64,000 nt of DNA from Dipteris shenzhenensis (taxonomy: Eukaryota), in assembly GCA_047967505.1 (NCBI GenBank), contig CM106538.1. One strand, written 5' to 3'. The notes beneath the pieces were generated by a model, which ran no database searches, was not told the origin of the DNA, and was given only the letters and a program-made list of their open reading frames with translations. Shown here in pieces: positions 48,301-60,834 of the stretch; positions within the stretch are counted from its first letter, which is position 1, and every line of letters starts with the position of its first letter. The position numbers were made by a program, and so were the translations under genes.

Positions 48301-50808
48301 GTCACAATACTTTGCACGCACCTCAACCTAGTTGAAATAGACTTTCGTGCAAAGTAGAGCCCCGATCTGAGAAGTACTTGTTTAAATAACACACCTAGGA
48401 CCGTGTTTTTTAATGGTTGGTGCATGACACTAAGACAAAAATGGAGTTTTATGCTTGATCATCAATGCAAAGCATGTCCGATGGGCACAATACTTTGCAC
48501 ACATGTTTAACTAGGTGGAATTAACTTACGTGCAAAGTGGTGCGTCCATCCCATAAGTACTTGATCGTATAACATACTTAGCAGCGTGTTTTTTTAGGGA
48601 TGTGCGTGACACTAGAGCAAAAATGGTATTTAATGCTTGATCGACAATGCAAAGGATATCCGATGGGCACAATACTTTTCCTATGACTCAACCTAGATGG
48701 TATTGACATGTTGGCAAAGAGGCACACCGATCAGATAAGTACTTGGTTAGATAACACACCTAAGGGCGTGTTTTTTACGGATGTGCATATCACTAGGGGA
48801 AAAACGGTGTAAAGCATATCCGATGGGCATAGTACTTTGCACACACCTTAAAATAGGTGGAATTAACTTACATGCAAAGTGCCATTCCCATCGCATAAGT
48901 GCTTGATCAGATAACATACTTAAGGGCGTGTTTTTTTATGGATGTGCATATCACTACAGGAAAAACGTTGTATAATGCGTGATCGACCATGCAAAGGATA
49001 TCTGATGGTGACAATACTTTGCACGCACCTTAACCTAGTTGAAAGGGACTTGCGTGCAAAGTGGAGCCCCCATCCGATAAGTACTTGTTTGAATAACACA
49101 CCTAGGACCGTGTTTTTAAATGGTTGTGCATGACACTAAGGCAAAAAACGGCGTTTTATGCTTGATCGACAATGTAAAGCATATCCGATGGACACAATAC
49201 TTTGCACACACCTTCAAATAGAGGGAATTTACTTACATGCAAAGTGGCATTCCCATCGCATAAGTACTTGATCGGATAACACACCTAGCAGCGTGTTTTT
49301 TTACGGATGTGCATGACACTAAGGCAAAAATTGGTATTTAATGCTCGATCGACCATCCAAAGCATATCCGATGGGCATAATAATTTTCCTATACCTAAAA
49401 ATAGGTGGTATTACAATATTCTCAAAGAGGTACACCCATCTGATAAGTACTTGGTCAGATAACATACCTAAGGGCATGTTTTTTTGCGGATGTACATATA
49501 GCTATCGGAAAAACGTTGTATAATGCATGATCGACCATGCAAAGCATATCGAATGGTGACAGTACTTTGCAGGCACCTCAACCTAGTTAAAATGGACTTG
49601 TGTGCAAAGTGGAGCTCCCATCTGAGAAGTACTTGTTTGAATAACACACCTAGGACAATGTTTTCTTTTAGTTGTGCATGACACTAAGGCAAAAACCGTG
49701 TTTTATGCTTGATCGACAATGCAAAGAATATCCGATGGGCACAATACTTTGCAAAAACCTTCAACTAGATGGAATTGACTTACATGCAAAGTGGTGCGCC
49801 CATCCCATAAGCACTTGATTAGATTTCATACCTAGCAACGTGTTGTTTTACCGATGTGCATGACACTAGAGTAAAAATAGTATTTAATGCTCGATCGACC
49901 ATGCAAAGGATATCCAATGGACACGAAACTTTTCCTACGCCTCAACCTAGGTGGTATTGAAATGTTCTCAAAGAGGCACACCTATCCGACCATGCAAAGC
50001 ATATCCGATGGTCACAATACTTTGCACGCACCTCAATCTAGTTGAAAGAGACTTGCATGTAAAGTGGAGTCCCTATTTGAGAAGTACTTGTTTGAATAAC
50101 ACACCTAGGACCGTGTTTTTTTATGGTTGTGCATGACACTAAGGCAAAAACGGTATTTTACGCTTGATCGACAATGCAAAGCATATCCGATGGGCACCAT
50201 ACTTTTCACACACCTTCAACTAGGTGGAATTGACTTACATGCAAAGTGGCATTTCCATGGCATAAGTACCTGATCAGATAGCACACCTAGTAGAGTGTTC
50301 TTTTCCGGATGTGCATGACACTAAGGCAAAAATGGTATTTAATGCTCGATCGACCATGCAAAGCATATCCGATGGGAAAATTTTTTTTTCTATGCCTTAA
50401 CCTAGGTGGTATTGAAATATTCTCAAAGAGGCATACCCATCCGATAAGTACTTGGTCAGATAACGTACCTAAGGGTGTGTTTTTTTACGGATGTGCATAT
50501 CACTAACGAAAAATGTTGTATGATGCGTGATCGACCATGCAAAGCATATCCGATGGTGATAATACTTTGCACACACCTCAACCTAGTTGAAATGGACTTA
50601 CGTGCAAAGTGGAGGCCCCATCCATTAAGTACTTGTTTGAATAACACACCTAGGACCGTGTTTTTTTATGGTTGTGCATGACACTAAGGCAAAAACTGTG
50701 TTTTATGCTTGATCGACAATGCAAAGCATATCCGATGGGCATAATACTTTGCACACACCTTCAACTAGGTGGAATTGACTTGAATCCAAAGTGGAGCACC
50801 CATCTCAT
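45337..50808. repeat. Satellite A, main block: ~182-bp monomers in ~546-bp trimeric higher-order units
   Basis: ATGCAAAG(C/G)ATATCC(G/A)ATG core recurs every ~182 bp; trimer starts at about 45338, 45884, 46248, 46796, 47341, 47886, 48433, 49140, 49687, 50142, 50688. Confidence 0.95.
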
Positions 50809-53800
50809 ATCTACTCGAATACAGTTAGAGGCAGGGGTAGAGGAAGAGGCCGTTTTGGTGGCCATGCAGGAAATCAGAACCAACAGCAACAACAGGAAAA
50901 CCAGTCCTATGGAGGAGGACGTGGTAGTTCTAGAGGCAGAGGGAGCCAAAGAGGCCGTGGTTCATGGCAAAGGAACCAGCAAGTAAATAGCAGCACAGAA
51001 TGCTATTATTGTGGAAAGCTTGGACACAAGGAGAATACATGCTATAAAAAACAGAATGACATCAAAAGTGGGAAGTTGCAGCAAAGCAACTATGCATCAT
51101 CAAGTGGGCATGGTGACGACAGAAATGAGCACCTTTTTGTGATGCAGCATATGGTTAACTCCATGTCAGGAGATGCTGCAGCTTGCAATGATGTTTGGTA
51201 TGTTGATTCAAGTGCCTCTAACCACATGACCAGTCATGGTGAGTGGTTTCATGATGTTAGAAATTTGGATAAGCCAGGTTATGTTGAAACAGGTGATGAT
51301 ACTGCGCACCCAATTACGCAGGTTGGTAAAGTGCCATTGGCTATGCAGGATGGCAAAACGAAGTACTTGGCAGATGTACTTCATGTTCCAAAAATCACTA
51401 AGAACCTGGTTTCAGTTGGCCAGATGGTTGAGCAAGGTCTGCAGGTTAGATTTAATCCTGATGGATGCTTTGTTGAGGACTTGAAAAATAAGTGCCGCTT
51501 GGTTGCAAAAGGCAACAAAAATGGCAGAATGTTCACCTTGGATGTTGATATGCCTGAGGTGAAAGCTGCTATGTTTGCGCATGGGAGAGGTGTCATTGCA
51601 GATATTGAGATATGGCACAAGCGCATTGGGCACGTGAATATACAAAGGCTGAAATCTATGCAAACGAAAAACATTGTTGCAGGTTTGCCTAAATTCAGAG
51701 TTGAGGGAATGCAAAAGGTATGTGAAGCATGCCAAATGGGTAAGCAGGCCAGACATGCATTTCCCAAAAATGCTAAGGTGAGCAGAAGACCTTTGGAAGT
51801 GATCCATTCAGATGTTTGGACAACCAAAGCTGCTTCTATTGGTGGATGCCATTATTATGTGACGTTTATTGATGACTACACTAGGAAGGTGTGGATTTAT
51901 TTTATGAAGCACAAAAGTGAAGTGTTCAGCCATTTCAAGGCTTTTAAGGCCATGGTTGAAAAAGAGAAAGGTGTGCATATTAAAGTGCTAAGATCTGATG
52001 GAGGGGGAGAGTACTTTTCAGAAGAATTTTGTGAATATCTGAAAGAACAGGGAATTCAAAGGAAGTACTCATGCAGGTCTACCCCTCAGCAGAATGGGGT
52101 TGCAGAAAGGAAGAACAGGCATATTGCAGAAGTAGGACGGGCGATCCTAAATGAGAAAAACATGCCTGATTATTTTTGGGCTGAAGCAGTAGCAACTGCT
52201 GTTTATATTATGAACAGAACCCCCACTGCAGCTGTCCATGGCATGATGCCTGAAGAAATGTATACAGGCCAAAAACCAGATATTTCTCACTTGAAGGTAT
52301 TTGGTTGCATAGCTTATGTTCATGTTCCTGATGAGAAGAGAACAAAGCTGGATCCAAAGGCAGAAAAATGCATCTTTATTGGATATGCTCTGCACCAGAA
52401 AGGGTATCGCTGTTATAACCCTTCCACCCGCAAAATGCAAGTGAGCAGAGATGTTGTTTTTGATGAAATGAGCAGCTGGTATGCACCAACTATTATGGTA
52501 GGAGATGCAGATGCAGGAAATGGGAATGCTGCAATAAATCCAGAGCAGCAATCTCAAGCCTTGAGTGGACCCAGAGAGTCCTCTACTCGTGGATCTAATG
52601 CATGGACAGGGAGATTGAGATCTAGTGAATCGTCACATGGCAGTCCTGATAGTGTTGTGCAGGTATCACATAAGGGAAAAGAAAAAGTAGACCATGCTCC
52701 AGTGTTTGATGTGTCTGCTGGTAGCTCTCATGTTGATGGAGAGTCAAGCGGCTCTGAAATGAGCCTTGATGAGGAACTTGGGATTCCGTCTGTTGTTACA
52801 CCTGGTGCAAGGAAAAGCAGGCATGATTTAAAGACTCCTGCAACTGATCCAATTGTACGGAGGTCCACTCGTATTAAGTATCCAGTTGACAGGCTGAGAT
52901 ATGATGGGTATACAGCACATCACTATGCTTATATGGTCAAGGTTCTAGAGGAGCCAGAGCCCACATGTTTTGAGGATGCAGCAGGGCATAAAAATTGGGA
53001 AGCAGCTATGGATGAAGAGATGGCTGCCTTGGATGCAAACCACACTTGGGATTTGATGCCTTTGCCTCATGATAAGAAGGCTATTGGCTACAAGTGGGTT
53101 TACAAAGTAAAGCACAATGCTGATGGGTCTGTTAGCAGGTACAAGGCAAGATTGGTTGCCAAAGGTTTTGCGCAGACATATGGAATTGACTATGAGGAAA
53201 CTTTCAGCCCAGTTGCAAGGATGGCAACCGTGAGAGCAGTAATTGCTATGGCTGCTGCAAAGGAATGGTCTTTGCATCAGATGGATGTGAAAAATGCCTT
53301 CTTGCATGGTGATTTGCAGGAAGAGGCTTATATGATGCAGCCAGAAGGTTATGAGGATAATTCACACCTCGATTTTGTATGCAGGTTGCGCAAAGCCTTG
53401 TATGGCTTAAAACAGGCGCTGAGGGCATGGTCAGACAAGATAGGGCAATATCTTGTCACTATTGGATTTCAGATTTCCAATTCAGATTTTTCACTTTATG
53501 TGAAAAAGACAAACAGAGGGATTGTGCTTATAGTCATCTATGTTGATGACTTGATTATTACAGATGCAGACATTAATGAAGTGAAGCTGCTGTTGAAGCA
53601 GAAATTTGAGATGAAGGATTTGGGAGAGCTGCGTTACTTCTTGGGCATTGAGGTTATTAGATCCCCGAGTGGGATATGGCTATTGCAAAGGCAATACGGT
53701 TTGGACATGCTGTCCAAATATGGGATGACAGGCTGTAAGCCTATTTCTGTTCCATTGGAGTAGAATGTGAAGCTCAATGCAGAGACAGGTGAGCTTCTTG

Positions 53801-54534
53801 AAGATATTACTATGTACAGGCGCATAGTAGGTAGCTTGATTTACATGACTATAACCAGACCAGATTTGAGCTATGCTGTGGGGCTGGTAAGTCAGTTTAT
53901 GCAGGCACCGAGGAAGCCACATTTGGATGCGGCTAGGCGCATACTGCGGTATGTGAAGTCCACATTGCATTATGGACTGTTTTATGAAGCTGGGTGTGCA
54001 TTACAGGTACATGGATACACAGATGCTGACTGGGCTGGTAGTGTCTCAGACAGGAGATCTACTAGTGGTTTTATGTTTTCCCTTGGGAGTGGTGCCATCA
54101 GTTGGAGCAGCAAGAAGCAGCCAACAGTTGCCTTGTCGAGCACAGAGGCTGAGTACAGGGGTGCAGCAATGGCTGCATGTGAGGTAGCTTGGTTACGGAA
54201 GCTACTTGCAGATATGGGACAGACAATTCATGCAGCAGTTGTCATTCATTGTGACAACATTAGCAGCATCATGCTTGCTAATAACCCAGTTTATCATGCT
54301 AGAACGAAGCACATTAAGGTGCATTATCACTTTGTGAGAGAGAAGGTTCTAGCTGGTGAGATTGATCTTGTCTATGTCAGCACTGAGGAGCAGGTGGCTG
54401 ATATTTTTACGAAGGCATTGGGTACCGAGAAGCTTCGCAGATTTAGGAGCTTGCTTGGTGTACGTGAGATGGATTTGAGCTTGAGGGGGAGTGTTGAGAT
54501 ATCAAGCTCTACCCCCGATATATCTCTTGGATGA
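50809..54534 (+). pseudogene. Copia-3 gag-pol (N-terminally truncated, one premature stop)
   Basis: ORFs 50791..53763 and 53767..54534 are in frame; WYVDSSASNH, IWHKRIGH, RYKARLVAKG, IYVDDL, YTDADWAG. Confidence 0.92.
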
Positions 54535-54791
54535 CTATCATTTATGTCACCGCCTATGTTAGTTGTACTCGTGGTGTAGTTAGACTACCACGTATGTTTT
54601 TGGTTTGGGTTCACATATGAACCACGTATTCTAGGGTTTGACATATAGGGTATTTCCCTCTTCTATTGTATTGTTGTTGTGTGCAAAAGTGAAGAAAGGC
54701 TTCACCCTCCAACCTTGTGTCCTCTCTCTCTTTTGTGTGTTGTGAAGAAAGCTGAACTTGAGTCTCCTATCTCTCTCCCTTATTCTTTACA
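54492..54791 (+). repeat. Copia-3 3' LTR (~300 bp)
   Basis: Starts TGTTG right after the PPT; ends TTTACA where transposase-like sequence begins; no second copy to confirm the end. Confidence 0.75.
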
Positions 54792-56060
54792 CCTACCACC
54801 GACTTTGAGAATACAAGCTGATAATTGCTGGTGAGAAAATAAGAATGTACTCATGTTTGCATTCTGCTCCATGCTAGTTGCTCATCGAATCTTCAATGAG
54901 GTCGAATGTGGATTTTTGTATGTTGGGCATACACATGATGATATCGATCAAGTTTTTAGCACAGTCTCAAAACAGCTTAAATGCAAGATGTGGAGACAAT
55001 AGATGACTTGGTAAGAAGATGTGGCAGGCAAGTTGGTGGTTGTAAGGAAAGTATAGTATGTGAGAGGCTCGAAAGAATGTATGATTGGAAGAGCTTCATT
55101 CTACCTTTCATACAAATGGGTGGTGATGCATTGACAGGTCATACCAATCCACACTACTTTCGTTTTTTTTTAAAAGATGAAAAACCCGTAATGCAATGGT
55201 AACAGTATTCTCATGATACAAAATGGGAACTTGAAGAACCTTACAGTCTCTTAACTTTAATTCCCAGCAAGGAGAGGTATCCAACATGGGCTCCTATACA
55301 AGAATTCAATGAGAGGTCTAACTATGAAATAGAAGGATTAAAAGCATTTATTACATACAAAGAGGAAATGCTCCAGAGATGTCCGATTCGAAGCCTACTT
55401 GGAGAGAACACACTACCACTGTAATTAACAAGACACGAAATTTGATAAAGGACCTTGAGAGAATGCGAGGCTCAAAGGATGTCAAGGAAGAATGCAATAT
55501 TTTTTGGCCAAATGTTCATAACGATTTGCGCCCAGCTCCACTCTTTGAAAATGAATTTGTATCATTACTCCCACATCCATATTGTGGACTGAAGAAGAGA
55601 GAGTTTATGCCACAAGTAGATATAGAGGTCGATTGTTTTGTTGTGGTTCGGCCATCGGATGATGAATATGAGAATGTGAAGTTTTGGGTTGCAAAAGTAG
55701 TTGATGTGCAAAGAGATGACCAAGGGAGAGCTACAACACTTACAGCGATACGGTATGAGCCAAAGGGCAGGAAGGAGAATATGGATAACAACACATTGTA
55801 TACTAATTGTATAATGGAGTGGGTCCCAAATGATGAAGCGGTCTCACAAGTTTCGATGGAGACAATCATAGTGTCTTGGCATTCAAGGGCAAAGAAATCA
55901 AAGAAGCGCATGGGATATGAGGTAGAAGGAAAAATAAAAATACCATAGCAAAGTATTTTGCATATACACGAATTTTTAAGGATGCTCGCCATGGAGGAAG
56001 TAGAAGGAGACAATGCAAATGAAGAATGTCCATGATTAAAGCTTTGTATTGAAGTCCATT
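54792..56060 (+). pseudogene. Sola-like DDD transposase remnant (3' half)
   Basis: 54792-54960 translates PPTLRIQADNCW*ENKNVLMFAF...GFLYVGHTHDDIDQVFS; continues YDWKSF...PHYFRF (54981..55202) and FVVVRP...FWVAKV (55379..55948). Confidence 0.65.
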
Positions 56061-56169
56061 GAAAGATTTTATTTGGATACTAGGCAAGAAGCCAATTGAC
56101 AATTATAATCAGAGTCATCACCTCCTATGTCAAATGAGAGTCAAAATATGCATTGGATGTCACCCAAGG

Positions 56170-56361
56170 GTCAAGGCTTGGCAAGACAATAGGGAGTTAA
56201 TGCAGATGGCACCTGGCAAGGGACTGTCACATTGAGCAATAAGACAATGGGGAGTCAATGCACCTAAGGGGCAAGGATTGGCAAGATAAGTGGGAGTTAA
56301 TGCAGATGGCACCTGGCAAGGGACTATCGTGACATTGAGCAATAAGACAATGGGGAGTCAA
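56170..56361. repeat. ~100-bp tandem duplication
   Basis: GGGAGTTAATGCAGATGGCACCTGGCAAGGGACT...ACATTGAGCAATAAGACAATGGGGAGTCAA occurs twice. Confidence 0.8.
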
Positions 56362-56934
56362 ATTATGCAGATGGCACGAATTGAGGCAAACATATGTTCA
56401 ATATATATCATTTCATACAAAGACTCCAGCTGAGAGCAACGTCTCTCAATGTAAACATATAATGATAGCTATAATTGCTATTATAATTCTTTGGTTCAAT
56501 ACAAAACTTGGTCTTATGGCATCATGTCTTTTTTCTATTTATTAAAAGTTTTAAAAATTTTGTGCATATTGCGAGTGACAATGTTATTTACATGAAATAT
56601 TTAAGTCTCCTTAAATGGATTTATAAATTATCACGTCAAGGAAAAATATTAAAAATAATTAAATTAACAAATAACTTAGGTATAGCTAGAATTTCTAAAA
56701 TAGGATTATTTTAAATTCTTGCATGTTGGTGCAAAAGTATAGATTGAAAAATCAAGATTTTTATGTGAATATGATAGTGCCACAAAGTGAACTTTTGATT
56801 TGGGAAGAATATTTTCAGAAAGTAAAGTTTTGATTTGGGAAGGATATTTTCACAAAGTAAACTTTTCATTTGGGAAGGATTTTTGGGCTTCTCCAAAAAC
56901 GACAGAAAAAGTCCAAAATTAATAAAATAGGTGC

Positions 56935-59900
56935 TAATTAGGGTTTTCAGCATCCTCTAATGCTCCAAAACTTGTAGCAAATTGATCCAAGAGACTAGGA
57001 TCCTACTGCAAATCAATTAAGAGGCCCAGAATCTTCAGCGATTTGACCCAGGGGTTCCAGATTTGATGCAGCCTACCAAGGCTTCTGTTGGTGCGATTTT
57101 AACCCAGGGTTAGTTTTGCACTGCTTGGAGTTTGTTTTTAGTGGTATCAGAGCACAGTCTAGCCACTTTCTGTGGTAGTAACAATCCAAAGAGTCCTCCG
57201 TTTGAGCCAAGACATTAACGATTTTGAAGTATCCTCCGCTTGAGCTCATTGCAATTCGGCAAGAGATACCATATACTATAATTTTGTGTTTTATTCTTTT
57301 GTATTCCATCCCTAGAAGGTTGCCAAGTTATTCCAATTAGGGTTTCCAGCATTGCCCAATGCTCCAAAACTTGTAGCAATTTGATCTAGGAAGCTAGGAC
57401 ACTGCTCTGAATTGATCAAGAGGCCCAAAATCTACTATGATTTGACCCAAGAGTTTCATATTTGATTACGATCAGCCTACCACGGCTTCTAGTTATTGCG
57501 ATTCTGTACTAGCGTTGGTGGAATCCTCCGTTTGAGGCAGTACACTAGCAATTTCAAAGGATCCTTCAGTGGAACTCATCGCAATTCAGGCCGGGTTACC
57601 CTCCACTATAGTTCAGGTTACCCTCCACTATAGTTTCATATTTTATTTTGTATTCCAACCCGTGAGGTCTTCAAGCTGCTGTAATTAGGGTTTCTAGCAT
57701 CCCCCAGTGCTCGAATTTGCTACAAATTGTTCCCAAGAGACTAAGACCCTTCTACTGCTACGAATTGAGCAAGAGGCCCAAAATCTACTGCTACGATTTG
57801 ACCCAAGGGTTTCAGATTTAATTGTGATCAGCCTATCAGGGCTCCTAATTGCTTGCATAGTGCAGTCTTGCCACTTTCTTGGTGGCAATGATCCAAATAA
57901 TCCTTCATTTGAGCAACGATAGTAGCAATTTGGAAGGATCCTCCGCTTGATCTCATTGCAAATCAACCCCACTTACCATATAATATAATTACATATTTTA
58001 TTTGAAAGGATCCTAGCAATTTGAAAGGATCCTAGCAATTTGAAAGGATCCTTACATAATTACTAGCAATTTCAAAGGATCCTTCAATGGAACTCATCGC
58101 AATTCAGGCCGGGTTACCCTCCACTATAGTTCAGGTTACCCTCCACTATAGTTTCATATTTTATTTTGTATTCCAGCCCATGAGGTTTTCAAGCTGCTGC
58201 AATTAGGGTTTCTAGCATCCCCCAGTGCTCGACTTTGCTACAAATTGTTCCCAAGAGACCAAGACCCTTCTACTGCTATGAATTGAGCAAGAGGCCCAGA
58301 ATCTACTGCTGCGATTTGACCCAAGGGTTTCAGATTTGATTACGATCAGCCTATCAAGGCTCCTAATTGCTTGCATAGTGCAGTCTTGCCACTTTCTTGG
58401 TGGCAATGATCCAAATAATCCTTCATTTGAGCAATGATAGTAGCGATTTGGAAGGATCCTCCACTTGATCTCATCGCAAATCAACCCCACTTACCATATA
58501 ATATAATTACATATTTTATTTGAAAGGATCCTAGCAATTTGAAAGGATCCTAGTAATTTGAAAGGATCCTTACATAATTACTAGCAATTTCAAAGGATCG
58601 TTCAGTGGAACTCATCGCAATTCAGGCCGGGTTACCCTCCACTATAGTTTCATATTTTATTTTGTATTCCAGCCCATGAGGTTTTCAAGCTACTACAATT
58701 AGGGTTTCTAGCATCCCCCAGTGCTTGACTTTGCTACAAATTGTTCCCAAGAGACCAAGACCCTTCTACTGCTACGAATTGAGCAAGAGGCCCAAAATCT
58801 ACTACTGCGATTTGACCCAAGGGTTTCAGATTTGATTGCGATCAGCTTATCAGGGCTCCTAATTGCTTGCATAGTGCAGTCTTGCCACTTTCTTGATGGC
58901 AATGATCCAAATAATCCTTCATTTGAGCAACGATAGTAGCAATTTCGAAGGATCCTCCGCTTGATCTCATCGCAAATCAACCCCACTTACCATATAATAT
59001 AATTACATATTTTATTTGAAATATTTTGTATTCTAGTTGTAGAAAGTTGGCAAGTTGCTGCAAATTAGGGTTTCCAACATCCCTCAGTGCTCCAAAACTT
59101 GCTGCAAATTGTTCCAGGAGGCAAGGACCCTGTTGTAAATTGATTAAGAGTCCTAGAATCTGTTGCCATTTGACCTAGGGGTTTCAAAGGATCCAAGATT
59201 AGCGATTTCAAAGGATCCTCCACTGGAGCTCATCGCAATTCAGCCTAGGTTACCATATACTATAGTTTTGTATTTTATTTTATATTCCAACCCCAGAAGG
59301 TTGTCAAGCTAGTATGACTAGGGTTTTTAGCATTTCCTTTTCCTCTAGAGCTTGCTGTGAATTGTTCTAGGAGGCAAGGACCTTGCTTCTGTGAGTTAAT
59401 AAGAGGCTTAGAATCTGCTATGATTTGATACAGCGGTTCCATATTTGGTTGGTGATTAGCCTACCAGGGCTTCTAGTTGTTGTGATTTTATACCTTGGTT
59501 GGTTTTGGAGTGCCTAGAGTTTGTTTTCGATGGTATCGAAGTGCAATCTTGCCACTTTCCTTGGTGGCAACGATCCAAAGAATTCTTTGTTTGAGCTAGG
59601 ACAAAAGCAATTTCAAAGGATCCTCCACTTGAGCTCATCGCAATTCAACCCATCTTACCATATAATATAATCTCGTATTTTATTTTCTATTATGGCCCCA
59701 GGATGTTGTCAAGATGTTATGATTAGGGTTTCTAGCATCCCCCAGTGCTTGAGAAGTTGTTGTTGTTGCGAATTGTTCCATGGCTAGGACCCTACTACTA
59801 CGAATTGATCAACCCAGTGGTTCGAGATATGATTGGGTTAGCTTGCCAGGGATTCTAACTATTGTGATTTTATACTATTGGTTGGTTTTACAGTGCGTGG

Positions 59901-60230
59901 AGTTTGTTTTTAGTGGTACCAGAGCACGGTCTTGCTGTATTCCTTAGTGGCACAATGAGCCAAAGAATCCTCTATTTGAGCCAGCATCGTAGTAGCGATT
60001 TTGAAGGATCCTATCCTTGACCTCATCACAATTCAACTTGGGTTACCATATACTATAATTTCGTATTCTAGCCCTAGAAGGTTGTCAAGTTGCTACAATT
60101 AGAGTTTCCAGCATCCCCCAATGCTCTAGAGCTTGCTACGAATTCTTCTAGGAGGCTTATTCCCTACTATAAATTGATCAAGAGGCCCAAAATCTGCTGC
60201 AATTTGACTTAGGGGTTCTAGATTTGATTT
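56935..60230 (+). repeat. Satellite B: tandem array of ~250-520-bp units derived from an LTR-end/PBS/leader segment
   Basis: TTAGGGTTT(C)(C/T)AGCATCC anchor at about 56938, 57337, 57685, 58203, 58699, 59064, 59319, 59723, 60099; perfect PBS TGGTATCAGAGC at 57142-57153 and variants at ~59531 and 59914. Confidence 0.88.
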
Positions 60231-60791
60231 TTCATTTTTCTCTCTCTCTCTCTCTCTCCCTCTCCCTCCCTACTCTCTCCCTCCCTCTAGCAGCCACGGC
60301 CGCCAGGAGACCCTCTTCTCTCTCTTAATCTCTCTCTCCCTCTCTTCTCTCTCTCTTTCTTTCCCTCCCTACTATTCTCTCTCATTTAAGGAGCCCCTCT
60401 TCTCTCTCTGAATCTCTCTCTCTCTCTCTCTCATTTTTGATTCTCTCTCTCCCTTTGGTGGCCACGGTTGCCAAGAGCCCCTCTTCTCTCTCTTAATTTC
60501 TCTCTTTCCCTCTCTCCTCTCTCTTTCTCTCCCTCCCTATTCTCTCTCATTTCTCAAATTTACAAACTCAAATTTGAATAAGAAACTAATTGAAATAGAA
60601 CTCAAAAACTCAAATAAGAAACTAAATTAAAAAGGAATTGTAACGCCTACTAAAAAAAACCCCTCCTCTAGCTGCCATGGCCGCCAAGAGTTTTCATTCT
60701 CTCTCTTTCTCTTTGAGTTTTCATTCTCTCTCTCTCTCCCTTCGCCCCTCTTCTCTCTCTTAATCTCTCTCCCTCTCTTCCTTCTCTTTCT

Positions 60792-60834
<43 letters not shown>

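Larger units (their letters stand above)
50809..54791 (+). mobile_element. Ty1/Copia element (Copia-3), 5'-truncated
   Basis: Begins mid-gag (RGRG tract, CYYCGKLGHKENTC), then PR, INT, RT, RNase H in one frame with a single TAG at 53761-53763; PPT TGAGGGGGAG 54482-54491; 3' LTR TG...CA 54492-54791; no 5' LTR or PBS. Confidence 0.93.

Noticed and set aside
45337-50808. Regularly spaced repeats resembling a CRISPR array, and many repeated ~60-aa ORFs
   Set aside because: Intervening sequences are themselves repeated (no unique spacers), the period is ~182 bp, no cas genes, eukaryotic context; the ORFs are satellite translations.
56935-60230. TTAGGGTTT as interstitial telomere repeats
   Set aside because: Single telobox-like copy per unit, not tandem TTTAGGG arrays.
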